A stretch of 64,000 nucleotides of DNA, from NCBI GenBank assembly GCA_038245905.1, contig JBBRRY010000001.1, positions 160,001 through 224,000 on the forward strand, in the 5' to 3' direction. Made by a program: the position numbers and the translations under genes. Shown piece by piece: positions 9,130-19,511 of this stretch; position 1 is the first letter of the stretch, and the number at the start of each line of letters is the position of its first letter. Origin of the DNA: Thermoanaerobaculia bacterium. GTDB lineage: Bacteria; Acidobacteriota; Thermoanaerobaculia; UBA5066. The notes beneath the pieces were generated by a model. The model saw only the letters and a list, made by a program, of their open reading frames with translations, made no database searches and was not told where the DNA came from.

Positions 9130-10965
9130 GTGGGCGCGCCTCCGGACCTCTCCCTCTATCCCGACCAACCGGGCATCTACCTCTACAAGGATGCGAAGGG
9201 GAAGATCCTCTATGTCGGGAAGGCGCGGTCGATCCGCAAGAGGCTGGCCTCTTATTTCGGCACGGCGCCGAAGCACCCGAAAACGGAAGCGCTTCTCGCC
9301 GACTTCGTGTCGATCGACACCGTCATCGCGAAGAACGAGAGCGAAGCCCTCGCACTCGAGAACGCCTACATCAAGAAGCACAAGCCGCGGTACAACATCA
9401 TGCTCCGCGACGACAAGACGTATCCGTACATCAAGGTCACGACGGGGGAGGACTGGCCGCGCGCCTTCGTGACCCGGCGCGTCCTCAAGGACGGCCACAG
9501 CTACTTCGGGCCCTTCATTCCCGCACGAACGTGTCGCGGCGCGATGAAGATGGTCCAGCGGATGTTTCAGGTCCGAACCTGCCGCATCGAGATCGACGGC
9601 AGACTCCCGCGCCCCTGCCTCTATTACGACATGCACGCCTGCCTCGGTCCGTGTGTCGCGGGCCTCACGACCAGGGCCGCATACGACGATGCCGTCAGGG
9701 ACGTCGTCCTCTTTCTCTACGGGCGAAACGAGGAGCTGCGCCCGCGCCTCGAGGAGAAGATGCGCGCGGCGGCGGGCGCCGAGAACTTCGAGATGGCGGC
9801 CGCCTATCGCGACTGCCTGCGCACGGTCGAGGAGCTCGCCGAGAAGCAGCGCGTGCAATACGTGTCGGGTGAGGATCTGGACGTGTTCGGTGATTTCTCC
9901 GACGGAGGCAGCGTCGCCGCCTCGGTCCTCTTCGTGCGCGGAGGCGTCGTCCTCGACTCGCGCGAGTACTTCTGGGAGAAGCTCGGCGACGTGCCACCGG
10001 AGGAATTCTGGGTCTCGCTTCTCTCGCAGTTCTACGACGGAACCACGTTCCTGCCGCGCGACGTGCTTCTGCCCGTCGACCTGCCCGACGAGGCGCTCGA
10101 ACCGATCGAGACATGGCTCACGGAGCGGAAAGGATCGCGCGTCACGATCAAGACGCCCCGCCGCGGGGCGGCATTCGAGCGTGTGCAGATCGCCCGCGAC
10201 AACGCGCGCCAGAACCATCTCCGGCGGTTTCGAAGGGCGCTGGAGCAGGGCGAGAAGGCGACGCTCGCGCTCGCCAAGGCGCTCGACCTCGACCGCCGCC
10301 CGTCCCGGATCGAGTGCTTCGACATTTCCCATTTGCAAGGAAACGAGACGTACGCGTCCTGCGTCGTCTTCGTCGACGGAGAGCCCGCGAAGGACGAGTA
10401 CCGCCTCTTCAAGATCGAGAGCCCGGGCATCGACGACTTCGCGTCGATCGCGGAGGCCGTATCGCGCCGCTACACGCGTGCGCGGGACGAAGGCAGGCCT
10501 CTGCCCGACCTGCTCCTGATCGACGGGGGCAAGGGGCAGCTCTCCGCGGCGCTCGCGGCGCTCGACCGCATCGGCATCGGGATGGCGGCAGCCGGGCTCG
10601 CGAAACGCGAAGAGCAGGTCTTCGTGCCCGGCCGTTCGGCCCCGATCGTGCTCGCAAGGACGAACGCGGGCCTCAAGCTCCTCCAGAGAGCGCGCGACGA
10701 AGCGCACCGATTCGGTCTGAAAACGCATCGCCGAGCGCGCGCCAAGCGCGCCCTCGAGAGCCCGCTTCTCGCGATTCCAGGACTCGGGTCCACGCGGGTC
10801 CGGATACTTCTCTCCGCCTTCGGGGGAGCCGAAGCCGTCTTCGCCGCGACGGACGAGGCCCTCGCGGCGGTCGCCGGGAAGTCCGTTGCCGCGACGATCG
10901 CGCGGTTTCGGCAGGGCTCTACCGGCGAAAGATCCACTGTCGCTGCTACACTTTCGAAGGAATGA
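9130..10965 (+). CDS. uvrC: excinuclease ABC subunit C
   Basis: GIY..YVGKA, KPRYNIMLRDDKTYPY, IECFDISH, PDLLLIDGGKGQL, RDEAHRF, HhH. Confidence 0.97.
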   Translation: MGAPPDLSLYPDQPGIYLYKDAKGKILYVGKARSIRKRLASYFGTAPKHPKTEALLADFVSIDTVIAKNESEALALENAYIKKHKPRYNIMLRDDKTYPYIKVTTGEDWPRAFVTRRVLKDGHSYFGPFIPARTCRGAMKMVQRMFQVRTCRIEIDGRLPRPCLYYDMHACLGPCVAGLTTRAAYDDAVRDVVLFLYGRNEELRPRLEEKMRAAAGAENFEMAAAYRDCLRTVEELAEKQRVQYVSGEDLDVFGDFSDGGSVAASVLFVRGGVVLDSREYFWEKLGDVPPEEFWVSLLSQFYDGTTFLPRDVLLPVDLPDEALEPIETWLTERKGSRVTIKTPRRGAAFERVQIARDNARQNHLRRFRRALEQGEKATLALAKALDLDRRPSRIECFDISHLQGNETYASCVVFVDGEPAKDEYRLFKIESPGIDDFASIAEAVSRRYTRARDEGRPLPDLLLIDGGKGQLSAALAALDRIGIGMAAAGLAKREEQVFVPGRSAPIVLARTNAGLKLLQRARDEAHRFGLKTHRRARAKRALESPLLAIPGLGSTRVRILLSAFGGAEAVFAATDEALAAVAGKSVAATIARFRQGSTGERSTVAATLSKE

Positions 10966-12476
10966 CTCGCTCCAACAGCGATAGCCGCGTCAAAAAGATG
11001 TTGACCGGCGGATCCATCGAACGGACCCCGTTTGCCGAGGTCGTGCGAAGTCTCTACCGGGAACGCGCGACGGCGAAACTGCTCGTGTCGAACAAGGGCG
11101 AGGAGCGGACGTGTTTCTTCGACAGGGGCCAGATCCTGTTCGCGAGCTCGAACCGTGAGGCCCAGCTCGTGGGTGAGCTGCTGCGGACGTTCGGTCTCGC
11201 GGAAGAGAACCTCCTCCTGTCGGCATTCGAACAGGCGCTCAACGAGCCCGGGCAGGGCCTGGCCCGAGCTCTGACCGAATCGGGCGCGGTGCCCGGATAT
11301 GTCGCGGAGGCCGCGGTTCGGGCTCTCGCCGAGCGCCTGTTTTTCGACACGTTCAAATGGACCACCGGAATCTTCACCGTCACGCCCCTGGACGAAACCC
11401 CGTTCGTCCCGGCGAAGATGGATCGGCCGACAGGCGGCCTCGTCCTCGAAGCGCTCCGCCGTCTCCCGGCCCCCGCCTCACAACTCAATTCACCCCTCGA
11501 TCCGGGCGCCCGGCCGGTCTTCGCGCCGGACATCCTGTTCCGGTATCAGGCCATTCTCGTCTCGGCCGCGGAGGCGGAAGTGCTCGGGAGAGTCGACGGC
11601 GCGACGACCGTGGAGCAGATTCATCGCGACCAGCGGATCGTCGCCCGGCTCGCGGGAACGGGGCTCCTTCAGCTCGTAGCGCAGGGGCGCCCCATCGAGA
11701 AGAGCGGCGTCGCCGAAGGCCTCCTTTTCCTGAACGTCGAGATCTCTGGCGTGCAGCCTCCAGCGCGCGTGGCCGAACAGAACGAGCTCCAGCGCGAGCT
11801 CGTCTGGAATTCCTATCGCCGGCTGGACTGGGCCTCGCACTACGACCTCCTCGGCGTTGAGCCGCAAGCTCCGGTCGAGGTCGTCGCCAAGGCTCTTCAC
11901 GAGCGCGCGCGCATATTCCATCCGGACCACCACATGAAATCGCACCTGACGGACGCGCGCGAAGCGCTCGAGGCGCTCTTCGCCAGCATCCGCAGCGCCG
12001 AGCGCACGTTCCGGACACCAGAGTCGCGCCAGGCGTACGACCGGACCCTCGAGGTGAGCGCCGATACCATCGCGTTGCCCGGAACGGAACCGACTCTCGA
12101 GGTCCAGAAGGAAATCGCCCGCAAGAACTTCGTGCGCGCGAAGATCCTGTACGAGGAAGAGGATTTCTACCCGGCGTACGAAATGGTCCGGCAGGCCGTC
12201 GAGTTCGACCCAGGCCAGAAGGACTACTGGGTGCTCCTCGCGAGAATTCAGCGGAAGAACCCGAAATGGGTCCGGCACGCGACCGAGACGATGCGGCGAG
12301 CCGTCAAGTTCATCCCCGAGAACGTCGAGTTGTGGTGGGAGCTCTCCGAGGCCTGCCTTGGAGAGCGGAACGAACCGGAGCGCGTGAAAGCCTTGAAGGA
12401 AGTCATGCGGCTCGACCCCGGAAACCGGAGGGCGCAGACCGCGCTTGCGGCCATTACGGCGAAGGCGTCCCGGTGA
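10962..12476 (+). CDS. DUF4388-like / J-domain / TPR protein
   Basis: N-terminal DUF4388-like domain; HYDLLGV..RIFHPD J-domain; C-terminal TPR helices; ATGA overlap with uvrC. Confidence 0.8.
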   Translation: MTRSNSDSRVKKMLTGGSIERTPFAEVVRSLYRERATAKLLVSNKGEERTCFFDRGQILFASSNREAQLVGELLRTFGLAEENLLLSAFEQALNEPGQGLARALTESGAVPGYVAEAAVRALAERLFFDTFKWTTGIFTVTPLDETPFVPAKMDRPTGGLVLEALRRLPAPASQLNSPLDPGARPVFAPDILFRYQAILVSAAEAEVLGRVDGATTVEQIHRDQRIVARLAGTGLLQLVAQGRPIEKSGVAEGLLFLNVEISGVQPPARVAEQNELQRELVWNSYRRLDWASHYDLLGVEPQAPVEVVAKALHERARIFHPDHHMKSHLTDAREALEALFASIRSAERTFRTPESRQAYDRTLEVSADTIALPGTEPTLEVQKEIARKNFVRAKILYEEEDFYPAYEMVRQAVEFDPGQKDYWVLLARIQRKNPKWVRHATETMRRAVKFIPENVELWWELSEACLGERNEPERVKALKEVMRLDPGNRRAQTALAAITAKASR

Positions 12477-13087
12477 CGGGGGGAATACCCCAGCTCTTCG
12501 GCACCGGTCTCGGACTCTCGACGGCGGCGGGCCTCAACTCCTACGCGGTGCTGCTCGTCTACGGGGCGATGGCGCGGCTTTTTCCGGAGGACTACACGGG
12601 CTCGATTGCGCGACTCCTGGCCTCGACGCCGGCCCTCACCGTCGCGGCCGTGCTCTTTCTGCTGGAGTTCTTCGCCGACAAGATCCCCGGGCTCGATCAC
12701 TTCTGGCACTTGCTACATTCGTTCATCCGGCCCGTCGTCGGCGCGGTCGTCGCGATCGCCTGCGTCCAGCCCGAAGGGTCGGCTCTCCTCGACGTCGTCG
12801 CCGGAGGGTCCGGCGGGACGGTCGCCCTCGTCTCCCACCTCGTGAAAAGCGCCACGCGGCTTACGTCGACGGCCCTCACGGCGGGCGTCGCGAACGCGGC
12901 GCTGTCCCTCGCGGAGGATATCGTCGCGTTCCTCCAGAGCCTTGTCTCGATTTTTCTTCCACTCGTCGCGCTCGTCGTCGTGATCGCGATCGGGCTCATC
13001 TTCGTCTTTACGATTCCGCGAATGGCGCGCTTCCACGACCTCTTCGGGAGGCGCCGCCCGGGACGCGAGGCGCCCCCGCCCTCCTGA
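12473..13087 (+). CDS. DUF4126 family membrane protein
   Basis: GLSTAAGLNSY, EFFADKIPGLDH, SLAED; GTGA overlap. Confidence 0.88.
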   Translation: MTGGIPQLFGTGLGLSTAAGLNSYAVLLVYGAMARLFPEDYTGSIARLLASTPALTVAAVLFLLEFFADKIPGLDHFWHLLHSFIRPVVGAVVAIACVQPEGSALLDVVAGGSGGTVALVSHLVKSATRLTSTALTAGVANAALSLAEDIVAFLQSLVSIFLPLVALVVVIAIGLIFVFTIPRMARFHDLFGRRRPGREAPPPS

Positions 13088-13137
13088 CCTGTCAGGATTG
13101 GCATCTTCCGTGCACTTCTTTCCGTCGGAGGCCCCCG

Positions 13138-16100
13138 ATGACGCTGCGCCTGAACCTCCTCCTCGCTGCCGCGGTCGCGGCCCGTCTCCTCGCACATGCA
13201 TCCACGGCTCTGGCCGCCGACGCCGTGATGGGGCCCGATGAGCCGCTGCGCGACGTGGCGCCGGTGCCGCACGTGGCGATCGGGGCGTGGGACATCGCCC
13301 GTCTCGACGGAGATCTGCGCGTCTCGCGCGCCATCCTCGTCCTCCCGCTGCGCGATCGCGATGGCCTCGCGCGCCTCCTCGCGGCGCAACAGGACCCCTC
13401 CTCCTCAGAATTCAGGCGCTGGCTCTCACCCGACGAGTTCGGAAGCCGTTTCGGCGCTCCGGAGGCCGACGTCGCGGCACTGCGCGCGCACCTCGAGGCG
13501 CACGGGCTCGAGGTGGAGGACCCACCGGGGGGCCGGACGGCGCTCGCCTTCTCGGGCCGCGCGGCGGACGTCGAGCGCGCCTTCGACACGGAGTTGCACG
13601 AGGTTTGGGTGAACGGCGTCGTGGGAGTGGCGAACGTGCGTCCCGCGCGGCTGCCCGGGAGCCTGGCCCGCCGGACGGCCGGCCTCCTCTCGCTGAACAG
13701 CCTCGAGCACCGGCGCTCGCTCAGCCGCCGCGCTCCGGAGTTCACGTTCCAGGGTTCGCACTTTCTCGCGCCCGCCGACGTCTCGACCCTCTACGGGATC
13801 GACGCCCTCGCCGCCGCCGGGCTCACGGGTTCGGGCCGAAAGATCGCCATCCCGGCTCAGTCGAATATCGTGCTCGACGACACGCGGTTCTTCCGCCAGT
13901 ACTTCGGCCTGCCCGTGAACGACCCGCAGGTGATCCTGAACGGGCCGGACCCGGGCATCGTGTCGTCGGGAAGCTACGACGACGAGGCCACCCTCGACGT
14001 CCAGTGGTCCGGAGGTGTCGCGCCGGGGGCTCAGATCCTCCTCGTTGTGACCAAATTCGACGACGTTACAGGCGGGGGAGTGGACGCCTCGGCGCTCTAC
14101 GCCGTGAGCAACAACCTCGCGGACATCCTGTCCCTGTCCTACGGATATTGCGAGGCGTTCCTCACCGATGCCGACATCGAATTCTACGCCAACATGTGGG
14201 CGCAGGCGGCGGTGCAGGGAATAACCGTCCTCGTCTCCTCCGGGGACTCGGGGGTAGCCGGGTGCAAGGGCCTCGGCGCGGGAGGCGCCTCGATCGCCTC
14301 CGTGAACGGGCTGGGCTCGTCGCCCTACGCGACTACAGTCGGCGGGACGCAGTTTCTGGACTCGCCCTCCTCGGCATACTGGAATTCGACGAACGACGCC
14401 GTGACGAAAAAGTCCGCCAAGGAGATGATTCCAGAGGCGACGTGGAACGAGTCGTCGAGCGGCGCGTCTGGAGGCGGAGTCAGCACGGTTTTCACCCGCC
14501 CACCCTGGCAGGCGGTGGCCGGCATCCCCGCCGGGTCCATGCGCGCAGTCCCGGACGTTTCCCTCGCGGCGTCGACCAAGAATGCGTACGCTGTGATCAA
14601 GGGCCACACCTCGACGGCGACCGGCCTTGCGTTCTTCGGCGGGACGTCGGTTGCCTCGCCGTCCTTCGCGGGCATCGCAGCGCTCGTCGGGCAGCGCGCG
14701 GGCTCGCGCCTCGGCAACCTGAACCCGCTCCTCTACGCGCTCGGGGCGGCGCAGTACGGCACGTCCGGTGCGGCGTCGGCAGGCGCCGGTCCGTTCCGCG
14801 ACGTCACGACCGGCTCGAACACTGTGCCCGGCGTGACGGGCTACGCCGCGGGTCCCGGCTACGACGCCGCGACCGGCCTCGGGTCAGTCGACGCCTCGGC
14901 CCTGTCGGCGTCGCTTCCGTCGCCTTCCGTCGCCGGCGTGGACCTCGCACTCCTCGCGTCGCCCGCCGTCGTGTCCGTTGCGCCCGGCGGAAGCGTCGCG
15001 GTGTCCTTCGCGCTCACCCAGTCCGCCACCGCAGCCGACGCGGTCGCGACGCTCGCCTTGTCGGGGCTGCCCGGCGGGCTCACGGCGTCTTTCGGTCCTT
15101 CGAAAGTGGACGACGCGACGACCGGCATCGTCTCCCGTGCGGCAAACACCTTCCTGACGCTGACCGCCGCGGCATCCGCTGCGCCCGGCACGTACCGCAT
15201 CGACGCGACCGCGACGTCAGGTGGAGTCTCGCGTCGCGTCGCGCTCTTCGTCACGGTGGGCTCGGTCGCGGCCGCTCCGCCCTCGGGCCCGGGCGTCCAG
15301 GCCCCCGTCGTCCTCGACGTCTTCGGAGCAGGTGGTTCGCACTACACGTCCGACCTGGTCGCCGTGAACCGCGGAGCCGCCGACGTGACACTTCTCCTCC
15401 GCTTCGCTCAGACGCCGGCTCCATCGTCGCCCGGGCCTGTGATCGCCCGCTCTCTCGGCGCGGGCAGGCAGTTCGCCGTCACCGATGTCGTCGCGTTCCT
15501 CGGGGCGAACGGTTACGCGCTTCCGTCGGATGCGTCCTCAAAGCTGGGGACGCTTTTCGCGACGTTCGTCGGAGCAACCGATCCATTGACCATTTACGTC
15601 GGGTCGCGGACCTCCACGCCGAATCCGAACGCGGGCGTCGGAGGCTCCTTCGGCACGTTCTCGGCTGCGGTCACGGTCGGCGCCGCCTCCTCGAGCGACG
15701 CGTGGATTTACGGCCTCCGGGAGAACACGGGCTACCGCTCGAATCTCGCCCTCGTTCACGCGCCCGGTGCTGCGACCGGCGCGACCTCGGGTCCGGTCGA
15801 GGTCGAGGTCCAGCTCTACGACGGCGACAGCGGCGGGCAGGCGGGGGCGCCCCTCAAGCACACGCTCCAGCCGGGGGAGTTCTTCCAGTACGACCGGATC
15901 CTCGACAACACGTCCACGGGCGTCACGAACGGATACGCCCGCGTGCGCCTGACGTCCGGGATTGATCGCTTCATCGCTTACGGGATCGTGAATGACGGTC
16001 CGAGCACGGGCGGCGGGACGTCGGACGGGAGCTTCCTCTCCGCGAACGCGACGGAGGGCCTGGTTCCGATCATCCTCGACGTGCCGGGGCCTCCGCACTT

Positions 16101-16779
16101 CACGACGGACCTGACCCTGACGAACGCAACATCGAGTCCCGTCACCGCGACGCTCACATACACGGCGGCCACGGTGTTCAACTCGAACGGCGAGGGCAGC
16201 GGAACGAAGTCGATAACGCTCGGCAAGCTGGAGCAGCTCGTCGTGCCGAACGCGATCGACTACCTGCGTTCGCTCCTACTCCCGATCCCAGTCGGCGGAA
16301 ACCAGGGTGGCACGCTGCTCGTCACGGGCGCCGTGGCCCAGGCGCGCACGTCGAACCCGAATCCCGACGCGAGCGTCGGCGGCACCTACGGCCTCTCCTA
16401 CCCGGCGGTCGCTTCCCCGGCACGCGCGCGGAGCGAGGCCTGGGTCTACGGCCTTCGCCAGGACGCGAACGTGAGGAGCAATCTCGCGATCGCCGACGCG
16501 CGCATCGGCGGAGGGTCCGTGGACTACGTCCTCGACGTCTTCGACGCCGACACGGGCTCCCCGACGCCCGTCCAGACGCAGACGATTTCGCTGGGCGGCG
16601 GCCAGTGGAATCAGGTGAACGGCATCCTGGCCGGGGCGGGGATCGCGCACGGCTACGTGCGCGTGAGGCCCGCGTCCGGAACGTCGGACTTCGTGGCGTA
16701 CGGCGTCGTCAACGACGGACCCACGGCGGGTTCGCGCACGTCGGACGGCTCGTACATCCCGATGGTCGTCATCAACTGA
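13138..16779 (+). CDS. secreted S53 (sedolisin/kumamolisin) peptidase with propeptide and duplicated C-terminal module
   Basis: Signal peptide; propeptide WLSPDEFGSRFG; EATLD, SSGDSG, GGTSVASP; GYDAATGLGS Ca site. Confidence 0.92.
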   Translation: MTLRLNLLLAAAVAARLLAHASTALAADAVMGPDEPLRDVAPVPHVAIGAWDIARLDGDLRVSRAILVLPLRDRDGLARLLAAQQDPSSSEFRRWLSPDEFGSRFGAPEADVAALRAHLEAHGLEVEDPPGGRTALAFSGRAADVERAFDTELHEVWVNGVVGVANVRPARLPGSLARRTAGLLSLNSLEHRRSLSRRAPEFTFQGSHFLAPADVSTLYGIDALAAAGLTGSGRKIAIPAQSNIVLDDTRFFRQYFGLPVNDPQVILNGPDPGIVSSGSYDDEATLDVQWSGGVAPGAQILLVVTKFDDVTGGGVDASALYAVSNNLADILSLSYGYCEAFLTDADIEFYANMWAQAAVQGITVLVSSGDSGVAGCKGLGAGGASIASVNGLGSSPYATTVGGTQFLDSPSSAYWNSTNDAVTKKSAKEMIPEATWNESSSGASGGGVSTVFTRPPWQAVAGIPAGSMRAVPDVSLAASTKNAYAVIKGHTSTATGLAFFGGTSVASPSFAGIAALVGQRAGSRLGNLNPLLYALGAAQYGTSGAASAGAGPFRDVTTGSNTVPGVTGYAAGPGYDAATGLGSVDASALSASLPSPSVAGVDLALLASPAVVSVAPGGSVAVSFALTQSATAADAVATLALSGLPGGLTASFGPSKVDDATTGIVSRAANTFLTLTAAASAAPGTYRIDATATSGGVSRRVALFVTVGSVAAAPPSGPGVQAPVVLDVFGAGGSHYTSDLVAVNRGAADVTLLLRFAQTPAPSSPGPVIARSLGAGRQFAVTDVVAFLGANGYALPSDASSKLGTLFATFVGATDPLTIYVGSRTSTPNPNAGVGGSFGTFSAAVTVGAASSSDAWIYGLRENTGYRSNLALVHAPGAATGATSGPVEVEVQLYDGDSGGQAGAPLKHTLQPGEFFQYDRILDNTSTGVTNGYARVRLTSGIDRFIAYGIVNDGPSTGGGTSDGSFLSANATEGLVPIILDVPGPPHFTTDLTLTNATSSPVTATLTYTAATVFNSNGEGSGTKSITLGKLEQLVVPNAIDYLRSLLLPIPVGGNQGGTLLVTGAVAQARTSNPNPDASVGGTYGLSYPAVASPARARSEAWVYGLRQDANVRSNLAIADARIGGGSVDYVLDVFDADTGSPTPVQTQTISLGGGQWNQVNGILAGAGIAHGYVRVRPASGTSDFVAYGVVNDGPTAGSRTSDGSYIPMVVIN

Positions 16780-16791
16780 TATCCTCGGGCC

Positions 16792-17193
16792 GACTCGGGC
16801 CGGACAGGCGGTCGCCGCTCTCGACGCTTCGGCGGAAGGAGGGGAGGAAAGTCCGGACTCCCGCGGGCAGCGTGCCGGAGAAATTCCGGTCGGGGTAACC
16901 CGAAGGAAAGTGGCACAGAGAACATACCGCCGACGCGCCGCAAGGCGCAGGTAAGGGTGAAAAGGTGCGGTAAGAGCGCACCGCGGTTCCGGCAACGGGA
17001 CTGGCAGGCGAAACCCCACGCGGAGCAAGGCCAAATAGGGTGATGGAAGGGGCGCCCGCCCTCGCGGCTTCGGCCGACGTCACCGGGTAGGTCGCTCGAG
17101 CCCGTCCGAAAGGCCGGGCCTGGAGGAATGACCGCCGGCCGGAAGGCGCGAGCCGACCGGTTACAGAATCCGGCTTATCGTCCGGCCCGAGTC
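16792..17193 (+). ncRNA. rnpB: RNase P RNA, bacterial type A
   Basis: GAGGAAAGTCCGGACT, GGTAAGGGTGAAAAGGTGCGGTAAGAGCGCAC, ACAGAATCCGGCTTA; P1 helix GACTCGGGCCGGAC/GTCCGGCCCGAGTC. Confidence 0.98.
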
Positions 17194-17224
17194 ATTTTTC
17201 CTCTCAAGCTGCGAGAATTCCCCC

Positions 17225-17662
17225 GTGCCCGAGATCGTCGACGGCAACAATCTGATCGGTCGCCTCGGCGGCGGGTCGCGCGAGGGGCTCGTCACGGAGC
17301 TCTGCGAGATCGCGCGGCGAAAGCGAAAGCGGCTGACGGTCGTCTTCGACGGGCCGCCCGAGCCCGGGCGTGCGAAGGTCCAGACGTTCGGCGACGTCCA
17401 TGTCGTCTACGCGGCGCCGCGCTCGGCCGACGAGGAGATCGTGCGCTGCATCCGCGAGGCGTGACGGTCGTGACGGACGACCGGGCGCTCGCGTCCGCCG
17501 TCGCGGCCGCGGGCGCGCGCACGGCCGGGATCGGAGTCTTTCGGCAGGACGCATCCTCCCGCATGGCAGGACCTCCTCCCGCCGCCCCCCAAGCCCTCCG
17601 TGGGCGGCGGCGCGAAGGATTGGGAGCGCTGGTTCTCGGACCCGAAGAACCGCCTCGGCTGA
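17225..17662 (+). pseudogene. NYN (YacP-like) domain nuclease with two frameshifts (~17460, ~17590)
   Basis: IVDGNNL, VVFDG, SADEEI in one frame; VVTDDRAL in a second; KDWERWF in a third segment. Confidence 0.8.
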
Positions 17663-17721
17663 CCGCGCGCGGCTGCACCTGATACTCTTTCGCGGTCAAT
17701 TCAATCGGGAAAGGAGCATCC

Positions 17722-18777
17722 GTGACCGGACTTCGAAGGGGATCCCTGTATGCCGTTCTCCTTGGCGTCGCATCGTTCGGCGCCGCTCGAAGCGCCGGTG
17801 CCCAGGCGACCGGCATACTCAAACCCGGCAAGGCGATCGCGAAGGCCGCTCCGACCCCGACCCCCGCGAAGAAAGTCCTCGTGAAGCCGACAGTGACCAC
17901 GGGCGGCACCGCAAAGGTGATCTACCCGCCTGGGGCCGCCAAAGCCCGTGAAACGGCCTCGATCCGTGCATCGATTAACGCAGGAGCCGTTTCGACTCAC
18001 ACGAGCCCGGGAACCGTGAGGCTCAACCCGCTCAACAGGGCGCCCGGAATCGAGGGCGTGAACGGACAGGCGGGGGCGTTCACGGTCACGCCCGGGTCTC
18101 ACCTGACGATCAGCGGCTGGGAAATGGGCGACACCCTCGGGCAGGTCAACCTCATCGGCACCTTCCCGGGCGGCGCCGCGCCGCTCACAGTCGTGAACTG
18201 GACGGCCGGCACCATCACCGCAAATCTCCCGAACGGCCCGAACGTGCGTGGCGTCCTCGACCAGGCTGTCACGTTGCAGGTCGTGACGGGGGCGCGCCGT
18301 ACGTACGTCCACGCAGGCAACTTCCTCGCGGCGCGCGAGGAGATCACTGTGACGACGAACATCCCGCGCTTCGTCAGGTTACAGGCCGGAGGAACCTGGG
18401 GGGATTACGTGGGGATGGCCCCGAGTGGAGCCGTCTGGCGCGAGGAGCTCGGTCGGTCAATCACGTGCAAGGCGACTGGCGCGGACACCCTCACGGTCCT
18501 CGATCCCGGACGAGGTTTCGTCGTGACGTCGCTTGCCGCATCCTGGGGCCGCACAGACGCGGGAGACGGTGACCAGGGCGGCCGCGACGGCTCGCGTACG
18601 TACACGCCGGGCTACGATTTTGGAGAATGGCGCGGCGCCAGCATCCCGGTCCGATGGGGGGTTTGGCGAAGCCACAGCTCGCCGACGGCCTCCGGCATGC
18701 CTCCCGATGACGTTTGCCTTTCTTGGTACCAGATCTCCGTCACGGTGAGCGGCCCCGCGGGCGTCTCGCCCTTCTGA
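17722..18777 (+). CDS. secreted hypothetical protein with IPT/TIG-like segment
   Basis: AAAGGAG RBS; signal peptide; TPGSHLTISGWEMG..VNWTAGTITA resembles IPT/TIG. Confidence 0.7.
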   Translation: MTGLRRGSLYAVLLGVASFGAARSAGAQATGILKPGKAIAKAAPTPTPAKKVLVKPTVTTGGTAKVIYPPGAAKARETASIRASINAGAVSTHTSPGTVRLNPLNRAPGIEGVNGQAGAFTVTPGSHLTISGWEMGDTLGQVNLIGTFPGGAAPLTVVNWTAGTITANLPNGPNVRGVLDQAVTLQVVTGARRTYVHAGNFLAAREEITVTTNIPRFVRLQAGGTWGDYVGMAPSGAVWREELGRSITCKATGADTLTVLDPGRGFVVTSLAASWGRTDAGDGDQGGRDGSRTYTPGYDFGEWRGASIPVRWGVWRSHSSPTASGMPPDDVCLSWYQISVTVSGPAGVSPF

Positions 18778-18790
18778 CACAATCGCCGCG

Positions 18791-19511
18791 ATGTCCGACC
18801 TGATCCGCCCGAGACGCCTCTCGCCCGGCGACACGGTCGGCGTCGCGGCGCTGTCCGGGCCTCCCGATCCGGACGCCCTCGCCGCGAGTGTCCGGGCGCT
18901 CGAGGGTTTCGGCTATCGGGTGAAGGTCGCGCCAAACGTTCTCGCGCAGGAGCCGCTCCTCGGCCTCGCGGGCACCGCCGAGGAACGCGCGGCGGGCTAC
19001 CGGGCGCTCCTCATCGAACCGGACGTCAAGGCGATCCTGTTTGCCCGTGGCGGCTACGGCGTCGCCTCCGCGCTCGCGCACCTCGACCCGGCGGAAGCGG
19101 CCGCGCACCCGAAGATCCACTGCGGCTTCTCGGACTTGACCGTCCTTTCCTCGTGGCTCCTGAAGACGGGCGTTCCTTCGTTCCACGGCCCTATGGTCGC
19201 GGCCGATCTCGCGCGCGGCCTCGACCCGCTCTCCGCGTCCTTCTTCCCTTCGATGCTGGAGGGGAGGGGGCCGCGCCCCAGCCGGCGGGGTCATCCTCGT
19301 GGCGGGTGCCGCGTCGGGCAGGCTCGTCGGGGGTTGTCTGTCGCTCCTTGCCGCTTCGTTCGGTACGCCCTGGGAATACGACTACGCCGACGGCCTTCTG
19401 CTCTTCGAGGACATCGCCGAGGAAGCCTACCGAATCGACCGGATGCTCGGGACCCTGATCGATTCCGGCCGATTCGCTAAACTATCCAGCATCTTGATCG
19501 GGTGCGCATGA
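18791..19511 (+). pseudogene. LD-carboxypeptidase (S66), frameshifted ~19280 and C-terminally truncated
   Basis: RGGYG, GFSDLT, FHGPM; second frame GRLVGGCLS, LFEDIAE..RIDRML, ending at ILIGCA*. Confidence 0.85.

Noticed and set aside
7441-10728. 1095-aa antisense ORF, and similar ones at 3794-5632, 27188-29029 and 37153-40176
   Set aside because: Shadow ORFs opposite well-supported genes in high-GC DNA, with no recognisable motifs.
16605-17200. Short ORFs over 16.8-17.2 kb
   Set aside because: The region is the RNase P RNA gene.
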